Below, one piece after another: positions 8,893 through 16,997 of a stretch of DNA of 32,000 nt. The notes under the pieces are model-generated. The model saw only the letters and a list, made by a program, of their open reading frames with translations, did no database searches and was not told where the DNA came from. Position 1 is the stretch's first letter. Each line of letters starts with the position of its first letter. The stretch covers positions 4,170,001-4,202,000 of the forward strand of contig NC_010296.1 of NCBI RefSeq assembly GCF_000010625.1, given 5' to 3'. This DNA comes from Microcystis aeruginosa NIES-843 (GTDB lineage Bacteria; Cyanobacteriota; Cyanobacteriia; Cyanobacteriales; Microcystaceae). Position numbers and translations under genes: made by a program.

Positions 8893-9963
8893 ATGAGTGG
8901 AGTCCCTAATATTAATGTTGCTGAGTCAGTAGAAGACTTAAAATCCTTGTTGAAGCAACAAGTAACCTCTTTAAACTTTGCTAAAGTACAATCCCTGTAT
9001 CTACTAAAAATTAAGGAGGTAGAAACGGTTCGTCATCTCGCCGTGTTAATAGGACGCTCAGAAAGAACTATTCATCGCTGGTTAAGTTGTTATCGAGAAG
9101 GAGGGATAGAAAATCTCTTGTCAGAACCAGAAAAACTGGGAAGACCCAAAAAGATTTCAGTGGAAGAAGCCGCTCTAATTCAGAATGAATTAAAAGACCC
9201 AGAAGGATTTCAAAGTTATAAAGAAATTCATTTTTGGGTATCAATTATTTTAGAAATACCCACCAGTTATATAACTGTTTACCGTCTCGTAAGAAATGAA
9301 TTACAAGCTAAATTAAAAGTGGCTCGACCTCAAAATTTAAAACAATTACCAGGAGAAGTAAAAATATTCCAAAATAATCTATCTGAACAGCTACAAGCTT
9401 TACTAGAAAAGGAATCTGAAAAAGTTAGTCAATATTTAAAAGTCCGCTTCTGGTGTCAAGATGAAAGTCGCTTCGGCTGTCATACCATTGTCAGAGATAA
9501 AATAACAATTAAAGGCATAAAGCCCCTTGGTAATTTTCAGTATAATTTTCAATATCTCTGGCTCTATGGTTTAATAGAACCTCGAACAGGTAGCAGTTTT
9601 TTCTATGAATTTTCTCATTTAGATGGGGAATGTTTTAATCAATATTTAACGCTTTTTTCTCAAGCTTTTTCTGAGGAATTACATATTATTCAATTAGATA
9701 ATGCTCCCGCACATACGGCGACCGACCTAGAAATACCTGATAATATTATCCTATTTTATCAACCTCCCTATTGTCCAGAAGTAAATCCAATTGAGAGAGT
9801 TTGGCTATATTTGAAAAACCTATTGGCCTGGGGCAATTTTAACTCCCTTGATAACTTAAGAAGTAAACTTTACCATCTTTTAAATTCTCTATCCAATGAC
9901 ACGATCGGGTATTTGACGGGATGGTCTTGGATTTTAGAAGCTCTATGTCTGTCAGGAATTTAG
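8893..9963 (+). CDS. IS630-family DDE transposase (second, unrelated IS630-type element)
   Basis: An HTH (RHLAVLIGRSERTIHRWL) is followed by the DDE triad context WCQDESRF, LDNAPAH and PEVNPIERVW. I prefer the ATG at 8893 to the TTG at 8875 used by the track. ATACCATTTTTC-type IRs with flanking TA lie near 8830 and 9975. Confidence 0.8.
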   Translation: MSGVPNINVAESVEDLKSLLKQQVTSLNFAKVQSLYLLKIKEVETVRHLAVLIGRSERTIHRWLSCYREGGIENLLSEPEKLGRPKKISVEEAALIQNELKDPEGFQSYKEIHFWVSIILEIPTSYITVYRLVRNELQAKLKVARPQNLKQLPGEVKIFQNNLSEQLQALLEKESEKVSQYLKVRFWCQDESRFGCHTIVRDKITIKGIKPLGNFQYNFQYLWLYGLIEPRTGSSFFYEFSHLDGECFNQYLTLFSQAFSEELHIIQLDNAPAHTATDLEIPDNIILFYQPPYCPEVNPIERVWLYLKNLLAWGNFNSLDNLRSKLYHLLNSLSNDTIGYLTGWSWILEALCLSGI

Positions 9964-10004
9964 AAAAATGGTATTATGTGACAGTTGAGGGTGCGGAATG
10001 TGGG

Positions 10005-10985
10005 TAATAAATTTCCAGTCTTCTAGCTAAACGATGAGCAACGGGTGCTGGAAATGCTTCATAAAGCGAGGCTATGTTATGAGTGTTGAGATTATCACAG
10101 ACGAGCTTGACTTTTCGAGCCTTTGGATAGTCCACATCCAATAATTGACGAATTTCTTCTGCCCAATCTATTCGGGTTCGACTATCTCGGTTACTCACCC
10201 GTCTCCATCCTCGATGGGGGTCAAAAAACATGAACAAGGCTTGAACCCCTTCACGACTATAGTGATAGTCTTCTTTTTTATCTTGTCCAGGTTGCATGGG
10301 TATCGGAGGGTAAACTTCTCCAAGTAGTTGCTTTGATGCTTCATCCATCGCGATTAACGGTTCTTCTTCCGATGGCTGAGTGCCATACAGGTCAAGGACA
10401 ACTTCCATCTGGGCAACAAATCGGGCTAAATCCTGTTCCGGAATACAGTATCTTTGGGTTTTCCAAGGGCGTAATTGGTTTTTTTTAGAGTACGCCACAC
10501 CGTTGGACTGGAAATCTCGGTGATAATTTGTCTTTGTTTGAGTTCCGAGGTTAATAGTCGGATTGTCCACTCGGCTCGGCCAGATGGTGGCTCCGAACAG
10601 CACAGGGCAATGATTTGGGCGGCGGCGGCTCCATCAACTTTTGCCGGAGTGGGGGGAGTTTTTCTCGATTTCCGTTCTAATGCTGGTTTTTCGCCTTTTT
10701 GAAGAAATCTTTGACGAATACGTCCCACTGTATTTCTATGAACTTCTAAAGCTTCGCCTATTTCTTCATCTGTCCATTTCCTTTTCGCCTGTTCTCCCTC
10801 GTCACACATCAGCAAAATCCGAGCGTGGAGAATTTTTTTAGCTGGTGCATAGCCATTACGACTGATTTGTTCGAGGTTTTCTCTTTGTTCCCCTGTTAGA
10901 TTGACTTTATCTCGCCGACCTCTTCCCATGATTGATGTCCTCTGCTTGTTCGAGCTATTGCCCTATTTTAGCTGAAACAGTCCAC
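10005..10985 (-). mobile_element. IS630-family element copy A, proximal part (orfA plus truncated orfB)
   Basis: It matches 11306..12286 where compared by eye. orfA 10426..10929 is identical to 11727..12230. orfB is cut at the TAATAA junction (..RRLEIYY then non-homologous). The right IR TAGCTGAAACAGTCCAC is followed by TA at 10986-10987. Confidence 0.85.
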
Positions 10986-10987
10986 TA

Positions 10988-11038
10988 CAGGTTATTTCCC
11001 CCTACAGGTTATTTCCCCCTACAGGTTATTTCCCCCTA
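10988..11038. repeat. 17-bp tandem repeat CAGGTTATTTCCCCCTA x3 (array B)
   Basis: Identical to 6371..6421. It lies between the right end of IS630 copy A and the left end of copy B. Confidence 0.9.
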
Positions 11039-11052
11039 CTGGACTGTTTCAG

Positions 11053-12230
11053 CTAATTTGGTGCAATAGATTCTCCCGATTCCTCCTCCTCAAACACAGG
11101 ATAAAGATGTTTCAGCTTGACCCTAGCATCGCTGGTCGTAAACGTCCATATTACTGTAGATGCAGTCTGATTACGTTCTTTTTGCCAGGTTTCTATCTCC
11201 CTTTTCAGTTCTTCCTTGCTAGAAATCCTTCTATCTAAACATTGCCTCGATAAGACGCTTAGTTCAGTTTCGGCTACATTTAACCAGCTACCATTACGAG
11301 GTGTGTAATAAATTTCCAGTCTTCTAGCTAAACGATGAGCAACGGGTGCTGGAAATGCTTCATAAAGCGAGGCTATGTTATGAGTGTTGAGATTATCACA
11401 GACGAGCTTGACTTTTCGAGCCTTTGGATAGTCCACATCCAATAATTGACGAATTTCTTCTGCCCAATCTATTCGGGTTCGACTATCTCGGTTACTCACC
11501 CGTCTCCATCCTCGATGGGGGTCAAAAAACATGAACAAGGCTTGAACCCCTTCACGACTATAGTGATAGTCTTCTTTTTTATCTTGTCCAGGTTGCATGG
11601 GTATCGGAGGGTAAACTTCTCCAAGTAGTTGCTTTGATGCTTCATCCATCGCGATTAACGGTTCTTCTTCCGATGGCTGAGTGCCATACAGGTCAAGGAC
11701 AACTTCCATCTGGGCAACAAATCGGGCTAAATCCTGTTCCGGAATACAGTATCTTTGGGTTTTCCAAGGGCGTAATTGGTTTTTTTTAGAGTACGCCACA
11801 CCGTTGGACTGGAAATCTCGGTGATAATTTGTCTTTGTTTGAGTTCCGAGGTTAATAGTCGGATTGTCCACTCGGCTCGGCCAGATGGTGGCTCCGAACA
11901 GCACAGGGCAATGATTTGGGCGGCGGCGGCTCCATCAACTTTTGCCGGAGTGGGGGGAGTTTTTCTCGATTTCCGTTCTAATGCTGGTTTTTCGCCTTTT
12001 TGAAGAAATCTTTGACGAATACGTCCCACTGTATTTCTATGAACTTCTAAAGCTTCGCCTATTTCTTCATCTGTCCATTTCCTTTTCGCCTGTTCTCCCT
12101 CGTCACACATCAGCAAAATCCGAGCGTGGAGAATTTTTTTAGCTGGTGCATAGCCATTACGACTGATTTGTTCGAGGTTTTCTCTTTGTTCCCCTGTTAG
12201 ATTGACTTTATCTCGCCGACCTCTTCCCAT
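11053..12230 (-). CDS. IS630-family transposase orfAB, needs a -1 frameshift at an A8 run
   Basis: orfA (167 aa, two HTH regions) and orfB (DDE part: DEAS.., VCDNLNTH, WLNVAETELS) overlap at 11727-11904. Shifting -1 on CTA AAA AAA A yields ..VWRTLKKNQLRPWKTQRYCIPEQD.. . As I recall it, that is the usual contiguous IS630 sequence. Confidence 0.75.
11780..11787 (-). other. A8 slippery run (T8 on the + strand), candidate -1 recoding site; same site in copy A at 10479-10486
   Basis: This is the only place where the orfA and orfB frames can be joined to give the conserved LKKNQLRPW segment. The A AAA AAA heptamer is a classical slippery motif. Confidence 0.5.
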
Positions 12231-12285
12231 GATTGATGTCCTCTGCTTGTTCGAGCTATTGCCCTATTTTAGCTGAAACAGTCCA

Positions 12286-12819
12286 CTACATTGGTTTGAA
12301 TTTATTAAGATTGTTCTCGTCTTGTTCCCAATTTCGCGGATTGTCAAGAATGTATTGCCGGATTTTTTGATAAGAATCTTCATTGCGAATGATATGTTCA
12401 TAATAATTGCGCTGCCAAACTTTGAGGTGATCGCCACATAAACGATTAATTTTACGACTAGAAATTGATTTGAAATTCTGCACAATAGCCCCCAAAGATT
12501 CCGGCATTGTACCGTGAGTATATTGAGAATCGTATTCGGTCTTTTCCAGATCATAATTTTGTATTACTATAATTCCATGAATATGATTGGGCATGACAAT
12601 AAAAGCATCTAGTTCAATAAATTTAAAATTTAGAGGTAGTCTATACCATACCGCTTCAATAGTATCACCAAGTAAATTCTGCTCCATATTTACTTCAACA
12701 ATTTCACCAAATAGATACTGCTTCTGATAAGAACAAATTGTTATATAATAAGCTCCATTAAGTCTATAATCATAGCCTTTTAAGCGAATAGATTGTCGAT
12801 GTTTTTTGGGTTCATTCAT
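12286..12819 (-). CDS. IS200/RAYT-like Y1 (HUH) transposase
   Basis: It carries the HUH motif MPNHIHGII and the tyrosine region WQRNYYEHIIRN, with the N-terminus RLKGYDYRLNGAYYITICS. ATG at 12819 is preferred because the track ORF extends upstream without homology. The stop TAG is formed partly by the last base of IS630 copy B. Confidence 0.7.
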   Translation of the reverse strand: MNEPKKHRQSIRLKGYDYRLNGAYYITICSYQKQYLFGEIVEVNMEQNLLGDTIEAVWYRLPLNFKFIELDAFIVMPNHIHGIIVIQNYDLEKTEYDSQYTHGTMPESLGAIVQNFKSISSRKINRLCGDHLKVWQRNYYEHIIRNEDSYQKIRQYILDNPRNWEQDENNLNKFKPM

Positions 12820-13002
12820 GGCGTGGAGGATGGTGGCGGTTAATTCAATTATAAGCGATTCATCGGCAATCATCAAGAGTTGGGGATTGGTGGTAAGATT
12901 GTCAGAAAAGCGATCGCACTGAATCAAGGCTGAATAATGAGGGGCTATGATAATAGGTCGTGGTTAGAATTTTTAAAACAGTCTATCAAATCCTCACAAC
13001 AA

Positions 13003-13371
13003 TCATCGAGTAATCCAAGCACTAAGAAATTCAACCTGATCGATCATTTCTTCGGCTGATTTAGTGGCAATTAGCTGTAAAATCCCTCGCATAACTTCCC
13101 CCATTGAATATCTTTGTTGTTGGACTAGAATGATTCCTGCATGATTTCTTTTTTGTTGCAAGAAAAGTGTATGTAAATAATAAAAATCTCTAACATTAGA
13201 ACTATAAAGACTACACCCCTGAGAAGTTGCCCAGATTAATTGTTCTTCATCAGAGTATCCCCATCTATTAGCTTCTAAAGCAGTAATCACATCAACACCT
13301 CTACTTTTCAAAATAAAAGCAAGCGATCGCAATGTAGAATCCTCATCCATATATAAGCTAATTCTACTCAT
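13003..13371 (-). CDS. DUF5615-like (Mut7-C/PIN-like) putative toxin
   Basis: MSRISLYMDEDS..GVDVITALEANRWGYSDEEQLIWATSQG resembles DUF5615 partners of DUF433 proteins. The ATG at 13371 overlaps the upstream gene by 8 nt (..TATGAGTAG..). Confidence 0.55.
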   Translation of the reverse strand: MSRISLYMDEDSTLRSLAFILKSRGVDVITALEANRWGYSDEEQLIWATSQGCSLYSSNVRDFYYLHTLFLQQKRNHAGIILVQQQRYSMGEVMRGILQLIATKSAEEMIDQVEFLSAWITR

Positions 13372-13657
13372 AAGAAGAAGAATAATGTAATGCTTCAATG
13401 CGATCTGCTTCGGCGGCTTCGGCTATAATTTCTGCTTCTATTGTTTCTTTGTTAGTATGATAGTAAGTTAGAGCGGCATAAACTTGTGCCAAAGAAAGAT
13501 GAGGGATTTCATCGGCAATTTCTTCAGGGCTATATCCTAATTTATACCAGATCACTATTCTTCGTACAGTAACAGCAGTTCCCGCGATAATAGGACAACC
13601 TCCATGAATTTTGGGATCGCTTTTTATGAAAGTGCCAATATTGATCTCTGTTAACAT
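13364..13657 (-). CDS. DUF433 domain protein (putative antitoxin/HTH partner)
   Basis: The signature DPKIHGGCPIIAGTAVTVRRIVIWYKLGYSPEEIADEIPHLSLAQVYAALTYY is typical of DUF433. Confidence 0.7.
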   Translation of the reverse strand: MLTEINIGTFIKSDPKIHGGCPIIAGTAVTVRRIVIWYKLGYSPEEIADEIPHLSLAQVYAALTYYHTNKETIEAEIIAEAAEADRIEALHYSSSYE

Positions 13658-13760
13658 AACTTTCTTCGATTCAGTTTCAACTAATTAAACTACATAGGAT
13701 TCTATGCTTTTATCACCATTCTAGCATAGCCCAAGCATTGGTCGGGGTAGGGGATTGAAT

Positions 13761-13978
13761 GGGGAGATTATCAGAATTCTATCACAGGGACGATAGCCGA
13801 AAAAAATAATAGTCAATCAAACAATCGTCTGTACTGTGATTTGAATGATTGAATGAGGACTATGATTGTTAGGATTATGATTGAATGAGGACGATGATTG
13901 TTAGGGTTATGGCGCGATTATTACAATTATATCCCAGAGATCATAGCCGAGAAAAATCCTAGTTAATCAAATAATCGT
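13761..13978. repeat. ~128-bp intergenic tandem repeat, left part (about 1.5 units with an internal 33-bp duplication)
   Basis: The unit is CTGTACTGTGATTTGAATGATTGAATGAGGACTATGATTGTTAGGATTATGG..GCGATTATTACAAT..ATAGCCGAGAAAAATC.TAGTTAATCAAATAATCGT. The array continues at 15401 on the other side of ISL3 copy 2. Confidence 0.75.
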
Positions 13979-15400
13979 GGCTCTTCGGGAATTGTTATGC
14001 AAATAATTAACTTAAAATAAAATTCGATGAGAGCGCCTACGCTCAAAAGTAGCTGAAATCCATACAGGGAAGGACTTAAGGCACAAACAGGTTAATACCA
14101 AAAGATAGACAATTGAGTTAAGATTTGATATAATAGCCAAAAACGAGATTATTTTACTTATGATACTTGACAAATTTTTGAACCTAAAAGGAACCTGTAT
14201 TCAAGGCTATCTACACCTAGAAAATATCGGTATAGTTTGCCGAATCGAATCGAAAAATCAAAAAGCAACCTGTCCTCGTTGTGGGTTAGAGAGCGATAAA
14301 CTCCACCAAAATCATCGACATTTAGTCAAAGATTTACCAATCTCAGGTCAACCAGTATACCTACAAATTAATCGTCGTCAATTTAAGTGCGATAATTGTC
14401 AGAGACCCTTTAGCGAAGAGTTAGATTTTGTCGCCAAGAAACGAACCTATACGAAAAGACTAGCCGCAAATATACTCGAACAATTAAAAGAAGGAGATAT
14501 TTTAAATGTTAGTCGAATAAATGACGTAACGGAAGAAGAGATTCAAAGAATGATAGAGGACATCGCCGAAGAAATTACAGAGCCAGACCTATCGGAATTA
14601 AAAAGACTAGGAATTGATGAAATCGCTCTAGTCAAAGGACAAAAAAATTACTGTGCGGTTTTAGTAAATTTAGATACGGGAAAACTAATAGCTATTCTAG
14701 AGAAGCGAACACAAGAAGAGTTGAGAGAAACGCTTACGGGCTGGGGAAAAGAGGTGTTAGAGCAAATTGAAGAAGTGAGCATAGACCTTTGGTTGCCTTA
14801 TAAAAATTTGGTGAAAGAATTGATGCCATCGGCCGAAGTAGTCGCCGATAGATTCCATGTAATGAAACAAATTAATCAAGAGTTAGACGAACAGAGAAGA
14901 GCGGAAAAAAGAGCCGTAGAAGCGCAGAAAAATAAAAAACAGAAAGCGGAAAAAGAAGCGAAGCTAGAAGTTTTAAAGCGAAGTAAATATAGCCTGTTAA
15001 AAAATGAAGAAGATTTAACGGAACCCCAAAAAATTAAACTAGAAGCTATCAAAGAAAAATTCCCAAATTTGAAAAAGATGCAGGAATTAAAGGAAGAATT
15101 AAGAACGATTTATGAAACCTCAAAGAATCCGACAGAGGGACTGCTATCCATCTCGGAATGGTTGGCAAAATCCTCCAGTGTTTTTACCAAGAGTTGTCAA
15201 ACAATCCGAAACTGGTTTGGAGAAATCATTAGTTATTTTGAGCGAAGGACAACGAATGGGGTGGTCGAGGGAATCAACAATAAACTTAAACTAATAAAAC
15301 GGAGAGGCTATGGCTTTAGAAACTTTCGGAATTTTTGGGTTAGAAGTATGTTATCTTGGCATCTTGTATGTTGATTTAGCATAAAGGGTAACGAAGAGCC
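13979..15400 (+). mobile_element. ISL3-family insertion sequence, copy 2 (1422 bp)
   Basis: It has the same GGCTCTTCG IRs as copy 1. The 8-bp TSD ATAATCGT is at 13971-13978 and 15401-15408. It is inserted at a unit boundary of the 128-bp repeat array. Confidence 0.9.
14160..15374 (+). CDS. ISL3-family transposase
   Basis: The 404-aa ORF has about 5 substitutions relative to 3020..4234 (for example CQRPF vs CQRPL, EELRTIYETSK vs EEFRKIYETSE). Confidence 0.9.
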   Translation: MILDKFLNLKGTCIQGYLHLENIGIVCRIESKNQKATCPRCGLESDKLHQNHRHLVKDLPISGQPVYLQINRRQFKCDNCQRPFSEELDFVAKKRTYTKRLAANILEQLKEGDILNVSRINDVTEEEIQRMIEDIAEEITEPDLSELKRLGIDEIALVKGQKNYCAVLVNLDTGKLIAILEKRTQEELRETLTGWGKEVLEQIEEVSIDLWLPYKNLVKELMPSAEVVADRFHVMKQINQELDEQRRAEKRAVEAQKNKKQKAEKEAKLEVLKRSKYSLLKNEEDLTEPQKIKLEAIKEKFPNLKKMQELKEELRTIYETSKNPTEGLLSISEWLAKSSSVFTKSCQTIRNWFGEIISYFERRTTNGVVEGINNKLKLIKRRGYGFRNFRNFWVRSMLSWHLVC

Positions 15401-15535
15401 ATAATCGTCTGTACTGTGATTTGAATGATTGAATGAGGACTATGATTGTTAGGATTATGGGGCGATTATTACAATAATATCCCAGTGATGATAGCCGAGA
15501 AAAATCATAGTTAATCAAATAATCAAAAAAATCAT
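15401..15535. repeat. ~128-bp intergenic tandem repeat, right unit
   Basis: It is near-identical to 13829..13978, minus the internal 33-bp duplication. Confidence 0.75.
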
Positions 15536-15608
15536 AGTTTAGACGGGATTGGGTGCGTTGTTGATTCATCGGTTAAAATAAGATTAATTTAGAATTAAGG
15601 ATTGAGTT

Positions 15609-15842
15609 ATGCCGCAACAAACCTGTGAAGCCGTCTTTGAAAATGGCGTTTTACGTCCTCTTAGTAATCTCCAACTCAATGAAGGACAGTGCGTTAAACT
15701 CACTATAGCATCCAATTCAATTTCCCAGCTTACTCCCCAAAAATGGTCAGAAACGGGGATAATCGCCCAGTTAACAGCAAATCCGATTAAAATTGAAGAT
15801 TTCCATCCTCTTACCAGAGAAGAAGCGAATGAACGCTGGTGA
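15609..15842 (+). CDS. DUF104-type antitoxin (AF2212-like), partner of the PIN toxin
   Basis: The N-terminus CEAVFENGVLRPLSNLQLNEGQCVKLTI is the DUF104 signature. Its stop overlaps the PIN start (ATGAACGCTGGTGA). Confidence 0.65.
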   Translation: MPQQTCEAVFENGVLRPLSNLQLNEGQCVKLTIASNSISQLTPQKWSETGIIAQLTANPIKIEDFHPLTREEANERW

Positions 15843-16050
15843 ATCTCAACCCTTCTTTATTGATTCTAATATTTGGCTGTATCGCTTCATTGTTAATTGT
15901 AGCGATCCTAATGCCATCCCTAAGCAACAAATAGCTACAAATATTACGAATCAAGGAAACTTGATAATTAGTACACAAGTTGTCAATGAGGTTTGCTCAA
16001 ATTTAATCCGCAAAGCAGGGTTTAATAATTTACAGATTCAAAATCTACTT
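15829..16050 (+). pseudogene. PIN-domain (VapC-like) toxin, N-terminal fragment; C-terminal half at 280..512
   Basis: MNAGESQPFFIDSNIWLYRF.. carries the first acidic PIN motif. The frame runs into the IS1 end at 16051. The last 8 bp, ATCTACTT, equal the reverse complement of 505-512. Confidence 0.75.
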
Positions 16051-16997
16051 GGTGGTGATTCTGTAGTAGTGATGGCGGCTTAATCCTTTGCCAGGTGTGC
16101 ATTGTAGTCATGGATAAAATACCAAACAGCCCCAACGTGATTCTCCATTTTTTTAGAGAAAGATAGACTCTCTCTCACCAACCGAGAAATCCTTTGTCGA
16201 AAGGTATTATTTAATCTTTCAATAGGATTAGTTTGACCAGTTTCTTTCCCGACTGGTCGATGACGTTTACTGGGAATTACTGTCTTATATGACTCCCAAA
16301 AGTCTGTGTAAGCAACTGCACATTGTCGGTAAACACCTGGTAAACTAGCCCAAAGTTTTTTGGCTGATTGACGACTCCTATCTCCGCGCATAGCAACCAA
16401 TAATTTCCCTTGTATTTCTATCAATTAACCGCCAAATATAGACCTTTATCGTCTTAGAAAAAACAAAAGACCACATTTCATCACATTCTCTAACCAATTT
16501 ACCTTTTGGTTTGTCCGAAACCTTTATTTGACGGGGGACAGCCGCCAGTTTATTGTTGACATAATTTTGTAACCATGACCAACTTACCCCTGTTACTCTA
16601 GCAATTCCTCGTCAGGAAATTCGTTCGAGCAAGAGTTTATCAATTAATTGTTTGGTTTCGTCAGAGACGGTTTTATTAGTGGGATTGATCACCAACTGAC
16701 GACCACATTCTTTACCTTGACGTTTGGGTTTTCCATTATGAATAGAACCATTCTTGATCGTATGGTGAGAACCACAATTAGGACAGGGGAACGGAGGTGA
16801 AGGGGGTACTTTGTTCGGTGCTAGACTGATATTTCAGTAAGCCAGACAGGAGCCAGAAAAAGATATTTATCAGAAAAGTCATGATCAAGCTAGAGGTTTA
16901 AAGACTGATTCGAGCCAATTATTTTTATTAATAAATATTTTACACAATTCATACCAGGTAAGCAAGAGAGCTACGCCACTACTACCGAATCATTACC
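16051..16997 (-). mobile_element. IS1-family insertion sequence, copy B (947 bp), defective, inverted relative to copy A
   Basis: It is the reverse complement of 513..1459 wherever I compared by eye. That covers both ends, the TGA site, about 250 bp of the left part and the 114-aa ORF. Confidence 0.85.
16080..16424 (-). pseudogene. IS1-family transposase (InsB-like) C-terminal remnant ORF
   Basis: The 114-aa product is identical to that of 1086..1430. Confidence 0.7.

Larger units (their letters stand above)
6695..10004. mobile_element. 3310-bp composite insertion inside IS630 copy A; internal nesting unresolved
   Basis: The terminal IRs are CCCACATTCCGCACCCTAAGTGTCACA (6695-6721) and the reverse complement of 9977-10004, CCCACATTCCGCACCCTCAACTGTCACA. 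A 6-bp duplication TAATAA sits at 6689-6694 and 10005-10010. Removing the insertion and one TAATAA restores exactly 1248 bp, the length of copy B. Confidence 0.7.
11039..12286 (-). mobile_element. IS630-family insertion sequence, copy B, structurally intact (1248 bp)
   Basis: The IRs are CTGGACTGTTTCAGCTA and (reverse complement) GTGGACTGTTTCAGCTA. TA flanks both sides (11037-11038 and 12287-12288), as expected for IS630/Tc1 targets. Confidence 0.9.

Noticed and set aside
10145-10841. Small plus-strand ORFs sit inside IS630 copy A, with identical ones in copy B at 11446-12142.
   Set aside because: They are antisense to the transposase frames, low-complexity and present only because the IS is duplicated.
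12264-12554. A 96-aa minus-strand ORF overlaps the RAYT-like gene in another frame.
   Set aside because: It is an alternative frame of a CDS with clear HUH/Tyr motifs, and it starts inside IS630-derived sequence.
2994-15400. I asked whether the two inverted ISL3 copies also mediated an inversion, as the IS1 pair did.
   Set aside because: Each ISL3 copy is flanked by its own matching 8-bp duplication: TTAAATTA for copy 1 and ATAATCGT for copy 2. The interrupted TPR gene halves lie directly on either side of copy 1. No exchange between the copies is therefore indicated.
15351-15569. A 72-aa ORF beginning MNQQRTQ.
   Set aside because: Only the first 7 codons resemble a real gene start (the TPR protein family). 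The rest reads through the 128-bp repeat and into the ISL3 end. I treat it as a gene-start remnant.
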